From NCBI GenBank assembly GCA_964489145.1, contig CAZAXL010000001.1, positions 52,910-116,909 on the forward strand: a stretch of DNA of 64,000 bases, given 5' to 3'. The notes under the pieces are model-generated. The model worked only from the letters and a program-made list of their open reading frames with translations. It had not been told where the DNA came from and searched no databases. Shown piece by piece: positions 1 through 8,928 of the stretch. Source of the DNA: an uncultured Gammaproteobacteria bacterium (lineage in GTDB: Bacteria > Patescibacteriota > Microgenomatia > UBA8517). Numbering within the stretch: the stretch's first letter is position 1; each line of letters begins with the position of its first letter. A program made the position numbers and the translations under genes.

Positions 1-1
1 A

Positions 2-220
2 AACTATTCCAAGCACATAGAGGGAATAGAAGGAATCGTTCCCTACAAAGGTGAGGTTACTAAAATTGTTGAAAAAATGGAAGCTAATATAAGATCCGGG
101 TTTTCCTATGCGGGAGTGGCGACCATAAAAGACCTCTGGAAAAAAGCCGAATTTATTCAAATCACGGAAATGGGACAAAGGGAAAGTAAGTCTCACGATA
201 TAATAACCGAATTTAAATAA
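2..220 (+). CDS. guaB: 3' end (C-terminal ~72 aa) of IMP dehydrogenase/GMP reductase family protein; gene starts upstream of the window
   Basis: Frame-2 translation ...IEGIVPYKGEVTKIVEKMEANIRSGFSYAGVATIKDLWKKAEFIQITEMGQRESKSHDIITEFK* matches the conserved IMPDH C-terminus (G-x-EG-x-VPYKG ... GLRS/GMGY-GA-TI-EL ... F-x-IT-x-AG-x-ESH-HDV). Stop TAA at 218-220. Confidence 0.6.
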   Translation, partial: NYSKHIEGIEGIVPYKGEVTKIVEKMEANIRSGFSYAGVATIKDLWKKAEFIQITEMGQRESKSHDIITEFK

Positions 221-233
221 GGTTTATCTCCCC

Positions 234-263
234 TTGAATCAGTCCCCCATACCTCTCTATAAT
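234..263 (+). promoter_or_regulatory. Candidate sigma70-type promoter for lepB: -35 TTGAAT (234-239), 18-nt spacer, -10 TATAAT (258-263). Only 5 nt separate the -10 from the ATG, which suggests a leaderless mRNA.
   Basis: Read directly from sequence. No Shine-Dalgarno is possible in the 5 nt between the -10 and the start codon at 269. Confidence 0.35.
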
Positions 264-268
264 GAATT

Positions 269-829
269 ATGATCAAGCGTTTAGGCGCCTTTTTTTGGGA
301 CGTCTTCGAAGTTATAGTTTTTGCCGTAGGCATTTTTTTCTTTATCTATCTTCTGGTTATGCGGCCGCACAAAATAGATGGTCTTTCAATGATGCCGAAT
401 TTTCCAAATAATGAATATCTTCTGACGGAAAGAGTTACATATTATCTAAGAAATCCAGAAAGGGGCGATGTTGTTATCTTTACCCCACCCGTTACGAATT
501 TGGACGAATATATCAAAAGGATAATTGCGGTACCGGGTGAAACCGTAATGGTCAAGGGTGGGCGTGTTTACATCGATGGCAAACTTTTAAATGAGCCCTA
601 TATTGACGACTCCGCTCCGACACAAGCCGGAACTTTCCTTGCGGAAGGTGAAGAATATAAGGTTCCCGAGGGAGAATATTTTGTAATGGGAGATAACCGG
701 CCAAATTCTTCGGATTCAAGATATTGGGGCCCGATCACTGAAAACACTATCAGCGGCCGTGCTTGGGTTATTTATTTACCTCTGAAACTCGCAGGAGTAG
801 TCCCCGCACCCGCTTATTCTTTCGAATAA
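269..829 (+). CDS. lepB: Signal peptidase I
   Basis: 186 aa with an N-terminal TM segment. Catalytic Ser box GLSMMPNF, Lys box YIKRIIAVPGE and box E GDNRPNSSDSRYWG are all present. Confidence 0.9.
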   Translation: MIKRLGAFFWDVFEVIVFAVGIFFFIYLLVMRPHKIDGLSMMPNFPNNEYLLTERVTYYLRNPERGDVVIFTPPVTNLDEYIKRIIAVPGETVMVKGGRVYIDGKLLNEPYIDDSAPTQAGTFLAEGEEYKVPEGEYFVMGDNRPNSSDSRYWGPITENTISGRAWVIYLPLKLAGVVPAPAYSFE

Positions 830-833
830 CTAA

Positions 834-1682
834 TTATTCTGAAGTTACTGACTTGTATATCCTCTGAAGTGTGTTCTCCGTCTCGTCTAGTCCCCCTTTG
901 AGAATAAAGACAACTCTTGTTTCGCGTCTGGACCTTATCAACTTTACTGAATTTTTACGTATATTTTCTACACCATCGTTGTTTCTGACAACCAATGCTT
1001 TTTCCATGTCGCTCTGCATTTTGTCAATCTCTTCAGACACTATTCTTACGTGTTCGTCCGTTCTTTTTACTTCCTGGTTCGACTTAACTTTCATTCGCCT
1101 TGCAAGCTCTTCTGCGCGCCTCACTGATCCGCTTTCCTTCAAAACGATCTTGTAGGCCTCAATCATTAGACCGCTGTCGTCAATCGCTGCAAGAGCCCTA
1201 GCATGCCCTTCACTGATAAGCCCCGAGAGAAGTCCGTCTTTAAGGGCATCGGGAAGGGACAAAAGCCTCAAGGAGTTACTGACATAGGCTACACTTTTCC
1301 CTATTCTGACTGCAATTTCACTGGTGGTAAGGCCAAACTCGTTCATCAATCTTTCAAATCCTTTTGCCCTATCAAGCGGGTTAAGGTCGACTCTCTGGAC
1401 ATTCTCCACAAGGGCCATCTCAAGCATTCCTTTGGGTGAAGTTTCCCTCACAATAACAGGAACATGGGTAAGTCCTGCAAGCTTAGATGCTCTCCAGCGC
1501 CTTTCACCTGCAATAATCTGAAAACCTGCCGGAGTCTTGGCAACAACAAGGGGTTCTAAAATTCCGTGTTCACGAATTGAATCTACAAGATCTACCAGGC
1601 TTTCCGGAGTAATGGCACCGCGGGGCTGAAGAGGGTTTGGCTGAAGTTGGTTTATATCGAGCTGTATTATTTCTTCCGCCAT
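834..1682 (-). CDS. parB: ParB/Spo0J-family chromosome partitioning protein (CTP-binding ParB N-domain plus HTH). No parA is adjacent.
   Basis: 282 aa. ParB box with GERRWRA (CTP-binding arginine patch), HTH GLTTSEIAVRIGKSVAYVSNSLRLL. Lies immediately downstream of rpmA on the same strand, 1-nt gap. Confidence 0.85.
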   Translation of the reverse strand: MAEEIIQLDINQLQPNPLQPRGAITPESLVDLVDSIREHGILEPLVVAKTPAGFQIIAGERRWRASKLAGLTHVPVIVRETSPKGMLEMALVENVQRVDLNPLDRAKGFERLMNEFGLTTSEIAVRIGKSVAYVSNSLRLLSLPDALKDGLLSGLISEGHARALAAIDDSGLMIEAYKIVLKESGSVRRAEELARRMKVKSNQEVKRTDEHVRIVSEEIDKMQSDMEKALVVRNNDGVENIRKNSVKLIRSRRETRVVFILKGGLDETENTLQRIYKSVTSE

Positions 1683-1683
1683 A

Positions 1684-1935
1684 TTATTTAGAAATAACAG
1701 ACATTACCTGTTTACCTATTTTTCTGCTTACTTTTACGTTCCCGTCTAAAATTGAATAAAGGGTGTGGTCGCGGCCTTCCTTTACACCGGCTCCCTTTGA
1801 AAATTTTGTTCCTCTTTGCCTAATCAGAATCTGCCCTTTTACAACCTTTTCACCATCAGAAACTTTAGCACCTAATCGTTTTCCTGCCGGACTTACATGT
1901 TGTGAAGCTTTTCCTCCTGCTTTATGTGTTGACAT
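1684..1935 (-). CDS. rpmA: 50S ribosomal protein L27
   Basis: 83 aa: MSTHKAGGKASQ...GKRLGAKVSDGEKVVKGQILIRQRGTKFSKGAGVKEGRDHTLYSILDGNVKV is a canonical L27. Confidence 0.9.
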   Translation of the reverse strand: MSTHKAGGKASQHVSPAGKRLGAKVSDGEKVVKGQILIRQRGTKFSKGAGVKEGRDHTLYSILDGNVKVSRKIGKQVMSVISK

Positions 1936-2012
1936 ATTATTTTGAACTTAAGCAACAATATAATCGATGTTTTCACAGTTGTCAAGAGGACAGAAAGTTA
2001 TAGTTTGATATA

Positions 2013-2318
2013 TTAACTGATCTTTTCAACCAGAAGTCTTGTATATTGTGCTCTAAACCCGGTATGTCTTTTATATCTGCTTTTAGCTTTAAATTTATAG
2101 ATTTCTAGCTTCTCTCCTTTTTCCAGGTCCGTTACGACTTTAAGTTTAACTTCGTTTTTAAGAACAGGTTTCCCTACGCTTACTTTTTCTCCGTCGGCAA
2201 CAAGTAAAACCTCGGTCGAAATTTTCTTGGGGTCAATAAGTTTGTCTACAAGGATCTCCTGCCCCTCTTCTACTTTGTATTGTTTTCCGGTAATTCTCAC
2301 AACCGCGTACTTTGACAT
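2013..2318 (-). CDS. rplU: 50S ribosomal protein L21
   Basis: 101 aa: MSKYAVVRITGKQYKVEEGQEILVDKL... is a canonical L21; forms the rplU-rpmA pair. Confidence 0.9.
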   Translation of the reverse strand: MSKYAVVRITGKQYKVEEGQEILVDKLIDPKKISTEVLLVADGEKVSVGKPVLKNEVKLKVVTDLEKGEKLEIYKFKAKSRYKRHTGFRAQYTRLLVEKIS

Positions 2319-2388
2319 ATCGTGTATTTTATAACAGATTCAGTGACTCTACAAGCCTATACTTACTAAACAGACTGAACCTATCTGT

Positions 2389-3441
2389 TTATTTATGATA
2401 GGCTCCCAGCGCAATTCCCAACCCCATTGTTGTGGCAAGGAGGGAGGATCCTCCCGCCGAAAGAAGTGGAAAGGGTAGCCCCGTTACCGGGAGCATACCC
2501 ATATTCATGCCAACATGCACAAAAAGTTGTATCAGATAGGTCAGGAAAAACCCGGAAAGGTACGCCCGTGCCTGAGGAGAAACAGCGTGTTCCATAAAAA
2601 AGGTAAGTCTTATAAGTATTAAAAAACTAGTAAGAAGAACAAATCCAGCCCCGACTAAGCCAAGCTCTTCCGCGGTTGCTGCAAAGACAAAGTCTGTTTG
2701 TTTTTCGGGTAAAAATGCCAACTGTGTCTGAACTCCTTTTCCGAGCCCCGTTCCGAAAATTTTTCCCGATCCCGCCGCAATTGTTGCCTGGATACTATTG
2801 TAACCTGCCCCTCTCGGATCCTTAGCCGGTTCCAAAAAAGAGGTAATTCTTTGTCTTTGATAAGGAGCCATTGCACGCCAGGCAATCGGTAAAATCGCTA
2901 CACCAATTAAGAGCCCGACAATTAGGTATTTTTTATTAAATTTAGAGGCCATTAATATACCGACAAATCCGACAATGGTTAGAATAGAAACTCCCAAAGA
3001 AGGCTGCGCCAGGATAAGCACCACCGGAAGAAGGAGAAGAAGAAGTGCTTTGCTAATCTTTTTTAAGGTTACTTCTCCCCTACCCAGGTAATTTGCAAAA
3101 AATACCAAAAGAAACGGTCTGATAATTTCCGCCGGTTGAAGACTTGTTGGCCCCAGCTGAATCCACCTGACGGTATTTCTGGTAACGCTTCCTATGACAA
3201 AAGTTAAAAGAAGAAGCGCAATGCTTATAATGTACAAATACTTGGAAAATAAAGAAATAATTTCGAAATCAATCATGGAAAAAATCCAAAAAACCAGAAG
3301 CGCTGTAAAAATATAAACAAAATAAAGAGGAAAAAGATTTTTTTCCAAAGAATTTAAGATCACAACACTAAAAGCCAGTAAGAATAGTATCGACAGGCTT
3401 AGGGTAATATCTTTAAACAAAAAATTAGTAACGGAACGCAT
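2389..3441 (-). CDS. SEDS-family peptidoglycan glycosyltransferase (RodA/FtsW family). This is the second SEDS gene in the window and lies outside the dcw cluster, so it is probably RodA-like.
   Basis: 350 aa, about 10 TM segments. The C-terminal conserved SEDS block is present (PEKQTDFVFAATAEELGLVG ... LPVTGLPFPLLSAGGSS). Confidence 0.8.
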   Translation of the reverse strand: MRSVTNFLFKDITLSLSILFLLAFSVVILNSLEKNLFPLYFVYIFTALLVFWIFSMIDFEIISLFSKYLYIISIALLLLTFVIGSVTRNTVRWIQLGPTSLQPAEIIRPFLLVFFANYLGRGEVTLKKISKALLLLLLPVVLILAQPSLGVSILTIVGFVGILMASKFNKKYLIVGLLIGVAILPIAWRAMAPYQRQRITSFLEPAKDPRGAGYNSIQATIAAGSGKIFGTGLGKGVQTQLAFLPEKQTDFVFAATAEELGLVGAGFVLLTSFLILIRLTFFMEHAVSPQARAYLSGFFLTYLIQLFVHVGMNMGMLPVTGLPFPLLSAGGSSLLATTMGLGIALGAYHK

Positions 3442-3442
3442 A

Positions 3443-6400
3443 TTAGGAGGATCTTTTTACTTCAAATTTTCCTTCCTCAAGATGAGAAATTTGCGCTTTC
3501 TTCAACATCCACTGAATAAGTTTTTTACTCACGGGTAACTTTTCAATCTTAACATCAATTTTTTGAGTAAGATTTAATCCCAATTTCTTTCTTTCTTCCT
3601 GAATTTTCCTAACAATATCCCTAATGCCGGCTTCCTCCTTCAACTCAGGTGTAATCACTGTATCAAGCTCAATCTTATCCGTTCCACCGAGAAGGTCAAC
3701 CGTCTTGATATTCAGCTCGCTCTCTGCAATCTTTAAAACCTCGGAGCTGATGCTTTTTTTCTCCTGACCATATACTTTAACTTTTGAAAGTGGTTGTCTC
3801 ACCGGAATTGCCAACTCTTTTCTCTTTGCATGTACCTTTTCAACGATCTCGCGCATAGCCTGCATCTCTTTTATAAGTTCATATTCGTCGGCATTTGGCT
3901 CGGAAGGCGCCTCCGGCCAGTCGGAAAGGTGCACCGAAATCTCTTTTGTAAGATTTGTGTAAATAAAATCCGAAAGGAACGGTGTAAAAGGGGCCATCAG
4001 TTTACTTAAAATATAAAGGACATAATAAGTTGTTGAATAAAATGCGTTTGCGTCCTTTTCGGACTCTTTGACAGGGCCCACCCTATCGCGGGAACGCCTG
4101 ATATACCAAAGAGACAGGTCATCAACAAATTTTTCAATTTCGGAAGCCCCGCTTGCCGCGTCAAATTTTTCCAGGGCACTCCCCACGAGTTCTGTCGTCT
4201 GACCCAGCCTGACAAGTATCCACTTATCTAAAATGTTCGAATTTCTGCCGGGTTTTTTGTGAACTCCCGGGCGCCAATCATCGAGATTGGCATATGTCAC
4301 AAAAAAATTATAGACATTCCAGAGCTTGAGATGGAATCTTCGCCTGACCTCGTCGGCAACCTTATATCCAAAAAGTGCATTTTCAGCCGGATTTGCCTTA
4401 GCAAACATCCACCTCATAACATCGGCTCCGATTTTGTCCGCTCCTTCGTTAAACTCAATTGAATTACCCCAGCTTTTGTGCATGGCCCGTCCATCCTCGG
4501 CCAGGAGAGTTCCATATCCCAAAACGGTTTTATATGGATTTACGTCCGTAAGAACCGTACTCATGGCAATCATTGCATAAAACCAGTTCTTGAATTGTCC
4601 AGGAAAACTTTCCGTAATAAAGTCTACCGGAAACCATTTTTGCCATTCGTCCCTATCTTCGGCATACATAGGTTTGGTTTTAGTCACATCAAAACCGCAG
4701 GCTTCATTTTTCGCACTAATTGTGGAGAAAGGTACAATTCCGGCATCAAGCCAGGGATTACCCACGGGTTCAATTCTGTCCATTACCGCACCGCAGTTGG
4801 CGCACCTAACCTTAATTAAATCTATTTGGGGCTTATGGGGACTCTTGCCTTCAAAATCTTTCCAACCCGAAACTGCACGCTGCTTTAATTCCTCTTTTGA
4901 TCCGATTATCTCGAAATTGTGGCATTTAGAGCATTCCCAGATGGGAAGGGCCAGACCCCAATATCTGTTTTTCTTACTGATTAACCAATCATGCATGTTG
5001 GTCAGCCAATCCATTTCGCGGTCAAGGCCGAAACCCGGAATCCAGCTAATTTTTGCCGCTACTGTTTTCATTCTTTCCCTAAGGGTTCTTATATCAGGAG
5101 GGGTCTTAATTTCATCCTCATCGTCTTTCCACTTCTCCAATGTTGAGGTTTGGGATTTGCGGTTTGGGATTTGTGATGGCTTATCCATTGCTATATACCA
5201 TTCATCTGCCACTTTCCAAACAAGCTCGGTTTTACATCTCCAGCAAGCCGGATACCTATGGGTATATTTTTCGGTTTTATAGAAAAAGTGTTTTCCTGTT
5301 TCATCAAGCTTTCTCAGAAAGTCCAAAATCAGCTCCGGATGTTTTTTGGCATTTTCTCCGGATAAAAATCCTAAGTTCTCCATGTACGAAGCATCGTCCT
5401 TGATAATCTCAATTACAGGCAAATTCAGTTTCTTTCCAAGCCTGAAATCTTCCGATCCTGATGATGTTGCAATATGCACCATTCCCGTTCCTTCTTCCGT
5501 ATTTATGGGAAGAATCAAATCGTCGGTTGCCACAACCGTGTGAAATTTGTCATTTCTGGAAGCCTCAATTACTTTTGGTAAGTGGTCAAAAGCACCTTTA
5601 TATCTAAGGCCCATAAGCTTCGACCCTTTAGCAGTTTTAATTTCTTTTGCCTTAACTCCCGTAAAAATTCTATCTTTAGCTCCTTTGGCAACCCAGTACT
5701 TTTTGCCGTTAATCTCGACCAGCGAATAATCCAAATCAGGATCAAGTGCCACGGCAACATTGGCCGGCACTGTCCATGGGGTTGTTGTCCAGACAAGGAG
5801 ATATTCTTCTGCCTGTCCCGTGACGGGAAACGCCAAAAACACGGATTCATGAGTAAGTTCTTTATAATCCTCCGTCAGCATTTCGTGCTGGGAAATGGCG
5901 GTCTCACATCTCGGACACCAGGCTACAGCGTCCTGTCCTTTGTAAATCCATCCGGCTTCATGGCAAACCTTCAAAAAATGCCAAATCATATAGTTATTGT
6001 CATCACTCAGGGTGTAGTACGAATGATCCCAATCCATGAAGTACCCAAGGCGTTTGCTTTGTTCGGTTTGGATTCCGGAGTATTTTTTGACCCGGTCTTT
6101 ACAAAGCTGAACGAATTTATCTATGCCAAAAACTTCAATATCTTTTTTAGTCTTAAAACCAAGTTCTTTTTCAACTTCAACCTCCACCCACAGCCCCTGA
6201 CAATCAAAGCCGTTCTGGAAGCGCTCTCTATAGCCCTGCATATTCTTAAATCTCTGCCAAAGATCTTTATAGGTTCTTCCCCAGGCATGGTGTATTCCCA
6301 TGGGGTTATTGGCCGTAATTGGGCCGTCCATGAAGCTAAAATATTTCTTGGAGTTTTTATTGCGCGCCAGGTATTTTTTGACAATCCCACTCTTATACCA

Positions 6401-6478
6401 CTTCTCCAAAAGCACTTTTTCAAGCTCAGGAAAGTTTACCTGCTGGTCCACCGGATCAAAAAAAGGCTTTTTTGCCAT
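3443..6478 (-). CDS. ileS: Isoleucyl-tRNA synthetase, type 2 (eukaryote/archaeal-like)
   Basis: 1011 aa. HHAWG (HIGH-type) motif near the N-terminus, class I aaRS architecture, CP1 editing region, and a long C-terminal extension typical of type-2 IleS. Confidence 0.95.
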   Translation of the reverse strand: MAKKPFFDPVDQQVNFPELEKVLLEKWYKSGIVKKYLARNKNSKKYFSFMDGPITANNPMGIHHAWGRTYKDLWQRFKNMQGYRERFQNGFDCQGLWVEVEVEKELGFKTKKDIEVFGIDKFVQLCKDRVKKYSGIQTEQSKRLGYFMDWDHSYYTLSDDNNYMIWHFLKVCHEAGWIYKGQDAVAWCPRCETAISQHEMLTEDYKELTHESVFLAFPVTGQAEEYLLVWTTTPWTVPANVAVALDPDLDYSLVEINGKKYWVAKGAKDRIFTGVKAKEIKTAKGSKLMGLRYKGAFDHLPKVIEASRNDKFHTVVATDDLILPINTEEGTGMVHIATSSGSEDFRLGKKLNLPVIEIIKDDASYMENLGFLSGENAKKHPELILDFLRKLDETGKHFFYKTEKYTHRYPACWRCKTELVWKVADEWYIAMDKPSQIPNRKSQTSTLEKWKDDEDEIKTPPDIRTLRERMKTVAAKISWIPGFGLDREMDWLTNMHDWLISKKNRYWGLALPIWECSKCHNFEIIGSKEELKQRAVSGWKDFEGKSPHKPQIDLIKVRCANCGAVMDRIEPVGNPWLDAGIVPFSTISAKNEACGFDVTKTKPMYAEDRDEWQKWFPVDFITESFPGQFKNWFYAMIAMSTVLTDVNPYKTVLGYGTLLAEDGRAMHKSWGNSIEFNEGADKIGADVMRWMFAKANPAENALFGYKVADEVRRRFHLKLWNVYNFFVTYANLDDWRPGVHKKPGRNSNILDKWILVRLGQTTELVGSALEKFDAASGASEIEKFVDDLSLWYIRRSRDRVGPVKESEKDANAFYSTTYYVLYILSKLMAPFTPFLSDFIYTNLTKEISVHLSDWPEAPSEPNADEYELIKEMQAMREIVEKVHAKRKELAIPVRQPLSKVKVYGQEKKSISSEVLKIAESELNIKTVDLLGGTDKIELDTVITPELKEEAGIRDIVRKIQEERKKLGLNLTQKIDVKIEKLPVSKKLIQWMLKKAQISHLEEGKFEVKRSS

Positions 6479-6506
6479 ATGAAGCTATTCTAACATCTTT
6501 GCGAAA

Positions 6507-7460
6507 TCAGTCCAAGCTCCATAAAATTCCCCTTACTTCCTCAAAATTTTCTGCTTCCATCAGTTTTATCCGCAGGCTATTTGCTCCCTTAAAATCCTTA
6601 ACGTACATTTTGAAAAACTTTTTGAGTATGGCAAAATTTTTACTTTCTCCCCAGGTATTCTCGAAAAGATCAATATGCCTGAGAAGTAAGTTAATATAAT
6701 CTTTTTTGGGGTGTTCCACCGGCTTCAAATCTTTAACAAATACCCATGGGTTGCCGAAAATTCCGCGTCCTATCATCACCCCGTCGACTCCGTGTTTTTT
6801 CTGCATTTTTAAAACTTCCGCATAGCTTTTAATATCGCCATTCCCGATAATCAGGGTTTCCGGAGCGATTCTATCCCTGATTTTTACAATTTTTCCGATT
6901 TCCTCCCAGTTGGCTTCACCTTTTGACATTTGTTTGGCAGTCCGGCCGTGAACAGTCAATGCTGCGATATTCTTTTTAAGTAAAAACGTGACCCATTCCT
7001 GCGCTATATTCTCATTCCTGCCAAGCCTTGTTTTGATGCTGACAGGAACCCCCCCGGCACCTTTTTTGACAGCATCTATCAGCTTTTCTGAAAGGCTATA
7101 ACTCCCAATAAGTCCCGCCCCGGCGCCTTTTTTAACAACCTCCTTTACGGGGCAGCCCATATTGATGTCTATTCCGTCAAATCCGAGCCCCGCCGCCATT
7201 TTTGCCGCCTTTTCCATATTCACAGGGTCGGTTCCCCAAATTTGGGCAACAATGGGGTGCTGGTCAGGTGTGAAATTTAGTTTCCGCAATGGAATTCCGT
7301 TGGCGCCATGTACGAGGCCGTCGGCATTGGAAAATTCCGTAAAAAATACATCGGGACGCCCTGCCGAGAGCACTACTTGCCTGAATACATTGTCCGTAAC
7401 ATCGTCCATCGGAGCCAGAACCGTAAGAGGCTTCGGCAATTTCGTCCAAAAATTCTCCAT
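6507..7460 (-). CDS. dus: tRNA-dihydrouridine synthase. The track ORF extends to 7607, but the conserved N-terminus begins at MENFWTKLPKPLTVLAPMDDVTD, so the start is placed at ATG 7458-7460.
   Basis: Conserved LAPMDDVTD, FMN-binding TIM barrel and NMGCP motif. The N-terminal 49-aa extension in the track is low-complexity and overlaps the divergent promoter region. Confidence 0.85.
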   Translation of the reverse strand: MENFWTKLPKPLTVLAPMDDVTDNVFRQVVLSAGRPDVFFTEFSNADGLVHGANGIPLRKLNFTPDQHPIVAQIWGTDPVNMEKAAKMAAGLGFDGIDINMGCPVKEVVKKGAGAGLIGSYSLSEKLIDAVKKGAGGVPVSIKTRLGRNENIAQEWVTFLLKKNIAALTVHGRTAKQMSKGEANWEEIGKIVKIRDRIAPETLIIGNGDIKSYAEVLKMQKKHGVDGVMIGRGIFGNPWVFVKDLKPVEHPKKDYINLLLRHIDLFENTWGESKNFAILKKFFKMYVKDFKGANSLRIKLMEAENFEEVRGILWSLD

Positions 7461-7518
7461 GAAGTATATTATACCTATTTTGACTTTAGATATCCCTAGG
7501 CTTAAAATACCGTTGATA

Positions 7519-7833
7519 ATGAAAAAGGAGCTGGAAAACGAGCTTGAACCGCTGGATATGGCCAGACCTGATTTTTGGGGTGACGTCACCGTGATATTGG
7601 CCAACAACCCCGGAAAAGTACTTCCTGTCTATCTGAAAGATGACAAATCCGAACAACCAATCGGGAGCTATTTTATCCGTTTGGTCAGAGAAAAGAAAAG
7701 ATTATTTATGCAGGTGGAGGGCTTTAATTCAACAGCACTTGAAATGGGGTTTGTGGTGGGTTCTTCCAACGAATGGAAAAGGCTACAACCCGGCATTTAT
7801 AGGCTGGATGTTACCAAAAAAACCCTAGAGTAA
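7519..7833 (+). CDS. Hypothetical protein (104 aa). Its stop abuts the stop of the convergent GHKL gene.
   Basis: ATG at 7519 (MKKELENELEPLD...). The longer track ORF from 7162 is antisense to dus and is judged a spurious extension. No recognisable domain. Confidence 0.4.
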   Translation: MKKELENELEPLDMARPDFWGDVTVILANNPGKVLPVYLKDDKSEQPIGSYFIRLVREKKRLFMQVEGFNSTALEMGFVVGSSNEWKRLQPGIYRLDVTKKTLE

Positions 7834-8268
7834 TCATTCCCAAGTGGCCTCTGCAACTATCTTTCCGTCACGGATGTAATAATTGAGATTTCCACCAAAT
7901 CGATTGAGGTAGCCCATGACTATTTTGGCTATACCCATTCCCCCGCCGGAGTTTTTGGTGGTCATTATTTTGCCGGACTCTTTAATTTTATTGATAAGCT
8001 TAAGGGTTCTTTCCGGATTGGGTTCAATAAAGTCGTCCTCAACCCGGAGAAAGTTGTCTGACAGGGTAATGTGAATGCTCTTGGCTCCCTTGTCCATGCA
8101 ATTGTCGGTTAATTCGCTGACTATCGCCGGAAGAAACTCGCTAATTGGTTTTTCGAGGAGTTTATCGGAAAAACCAGCTCTAAACTCAACGTTTTCCACA
8201 TTGCAGTCCAAAAGGCATTTTTTAATTTCTTCGGGGAAAGCTATAAACCTTTCTCTATCTACTGTCAT
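7834..8268 (-). CDS. Small stand-alone GHKL (histidine-kinase-like) ATPase domain protein, RsbW/SpoIIAB-like in size. It has no HisKA domain and no STAS partner.
   Basis: 144 aa. N-box-like ELTDNCMDKGAKSIHITL, G1-like VEDDFIEP and G2 GGGMGIAKIV. Confidence 0.5.
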   Translation of the reverse strand: MTVDRERFIAFPEEIKKCLLDCNVENVEFRAGFSDKLLEKPISEFLPAIVSELTDNCMDKGAKSIHITLSDNFLRVEDDFIEPNPERTLKLINKIKESGKIMTTKNSGGGMGIAKIVMGYLNRFGGNLNYYIRDGKIVAEATWE

Positions 8269-8433
8269 AGCGGCATTTTACCACTTTCCACGCTGTGTGT
8301 TTATACTCTTCAAGATTTAGACACACATCAAGGCTATTCTATTTCCAAAATTTCTCCTTCAAAAATTTGGTCGCCTGAGGCATAGGAAAAAGATTCACCT
8401 CCAGATTCTACACCAATCATATATAATTTGCGT

Positions 8434-8925
8434 ATGCTTAAAACTATAAACTCTTCAATGACAGTTGCGGGGAGGACCTCAAAAATAATTTACCATGACG
8501 CGGATAGTTTTGACGAAGTTGATCCTGCAAAAACCACTCAGGCCTACGGAGTTTGTTTTTATGGGGACAAAATGGTAATCGCCCACGGAGGAAAAAAGAA
8601 AAATTGGGGACTTGTCGGCGGAACAATTGAGGACGGGGAAACTTTTGAAGATACATTGAAGAGGGAAATTGTCGAAGAATCCAATATGGAAGTTCTGGAA
8701 TTTCTACCAATAGGCTATCAGGAGGTATCTCACGGAAAAGATTACAAAATCCAGCTCAGATATGCCTGTAAAGTTAATCCTCTGGGACCTTTTGTAAAAG
8801 ACCCCGCGGGAAGCGTTACCGAAATAAAACTTATCGATCCCGAAGATTACAAAAGATATTTTAACTGGGGAGTTGTCGGGGAGCGGATAATGGAGAGGGC
8901 TTTGGAATTGAAATCCAAATTCTGA
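8434..8925 (+). CDS. NUDIX hydrolase
   Basis: Nudix box GLVGGTIEDGETFEDTLKREIVEESNMEV (G-x5-E-x7-REUxEExGU). The track ORF begins at a TTG at 8428; the first ATG is at 8434. TATAAT at 8422-8427 is only 6 nt upstream, which suggests a leaderless start. Confidence 0.8.
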   Translation: MLKTINSSMTVAGRTSKIIYHDADSFDEVDPAKTTQAYGVCFYGDKMVIAHGGKKKNWGLVGGTIEDGETFEDTLKREIVEESNMEVLEFLPIGYQEVSHGKDYKIQLRYACKVNPLGPFVKDPAGSVTEIKLIDPEDYKRYFNWGVVGERIMERALELKSKF

Positions 8926-8928
8926 CCC

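Noticed and set aside
2368-2390. Inverted repeat AAACAGA-N9-TCTGTTT overlapping the SEDS stop codon
   Set aside because: The stem is only 7 bp and is not followed by a U-tract on the transcript. Evidence for terminator function is insufficient.
5147-5174. Tandem 14-nt duplication GGTTTGGGATTTG[C/T] x2 inside ileS
   Set aside because: It is in frame within an essential gene (encodes ...SQIPNRKSQT...) and has only two copies. It is most likely an old duplication in the variable insertion region, not a switchable repeat or regulatory element.
3794-6493. Long plus-strand ORFs antisense to ileS (for example 4590-5282, 230 aa; 5582-6493, 303 aa)
   Set aside because: They are shadow ORFs on the opposite strand of a strongly supported ileS CDS. 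Translations are low-complexity with no motifs.
7162-7518. 5' extension of the 7162-7833 ORF (223 aa) overlapping dus on the opposite strand
   Set aside because: The extension is antisense to conserved dus coding sequence. A clean ATG at 7519 follows the divergent promoter gap. Only the 104-aa product is plausible.
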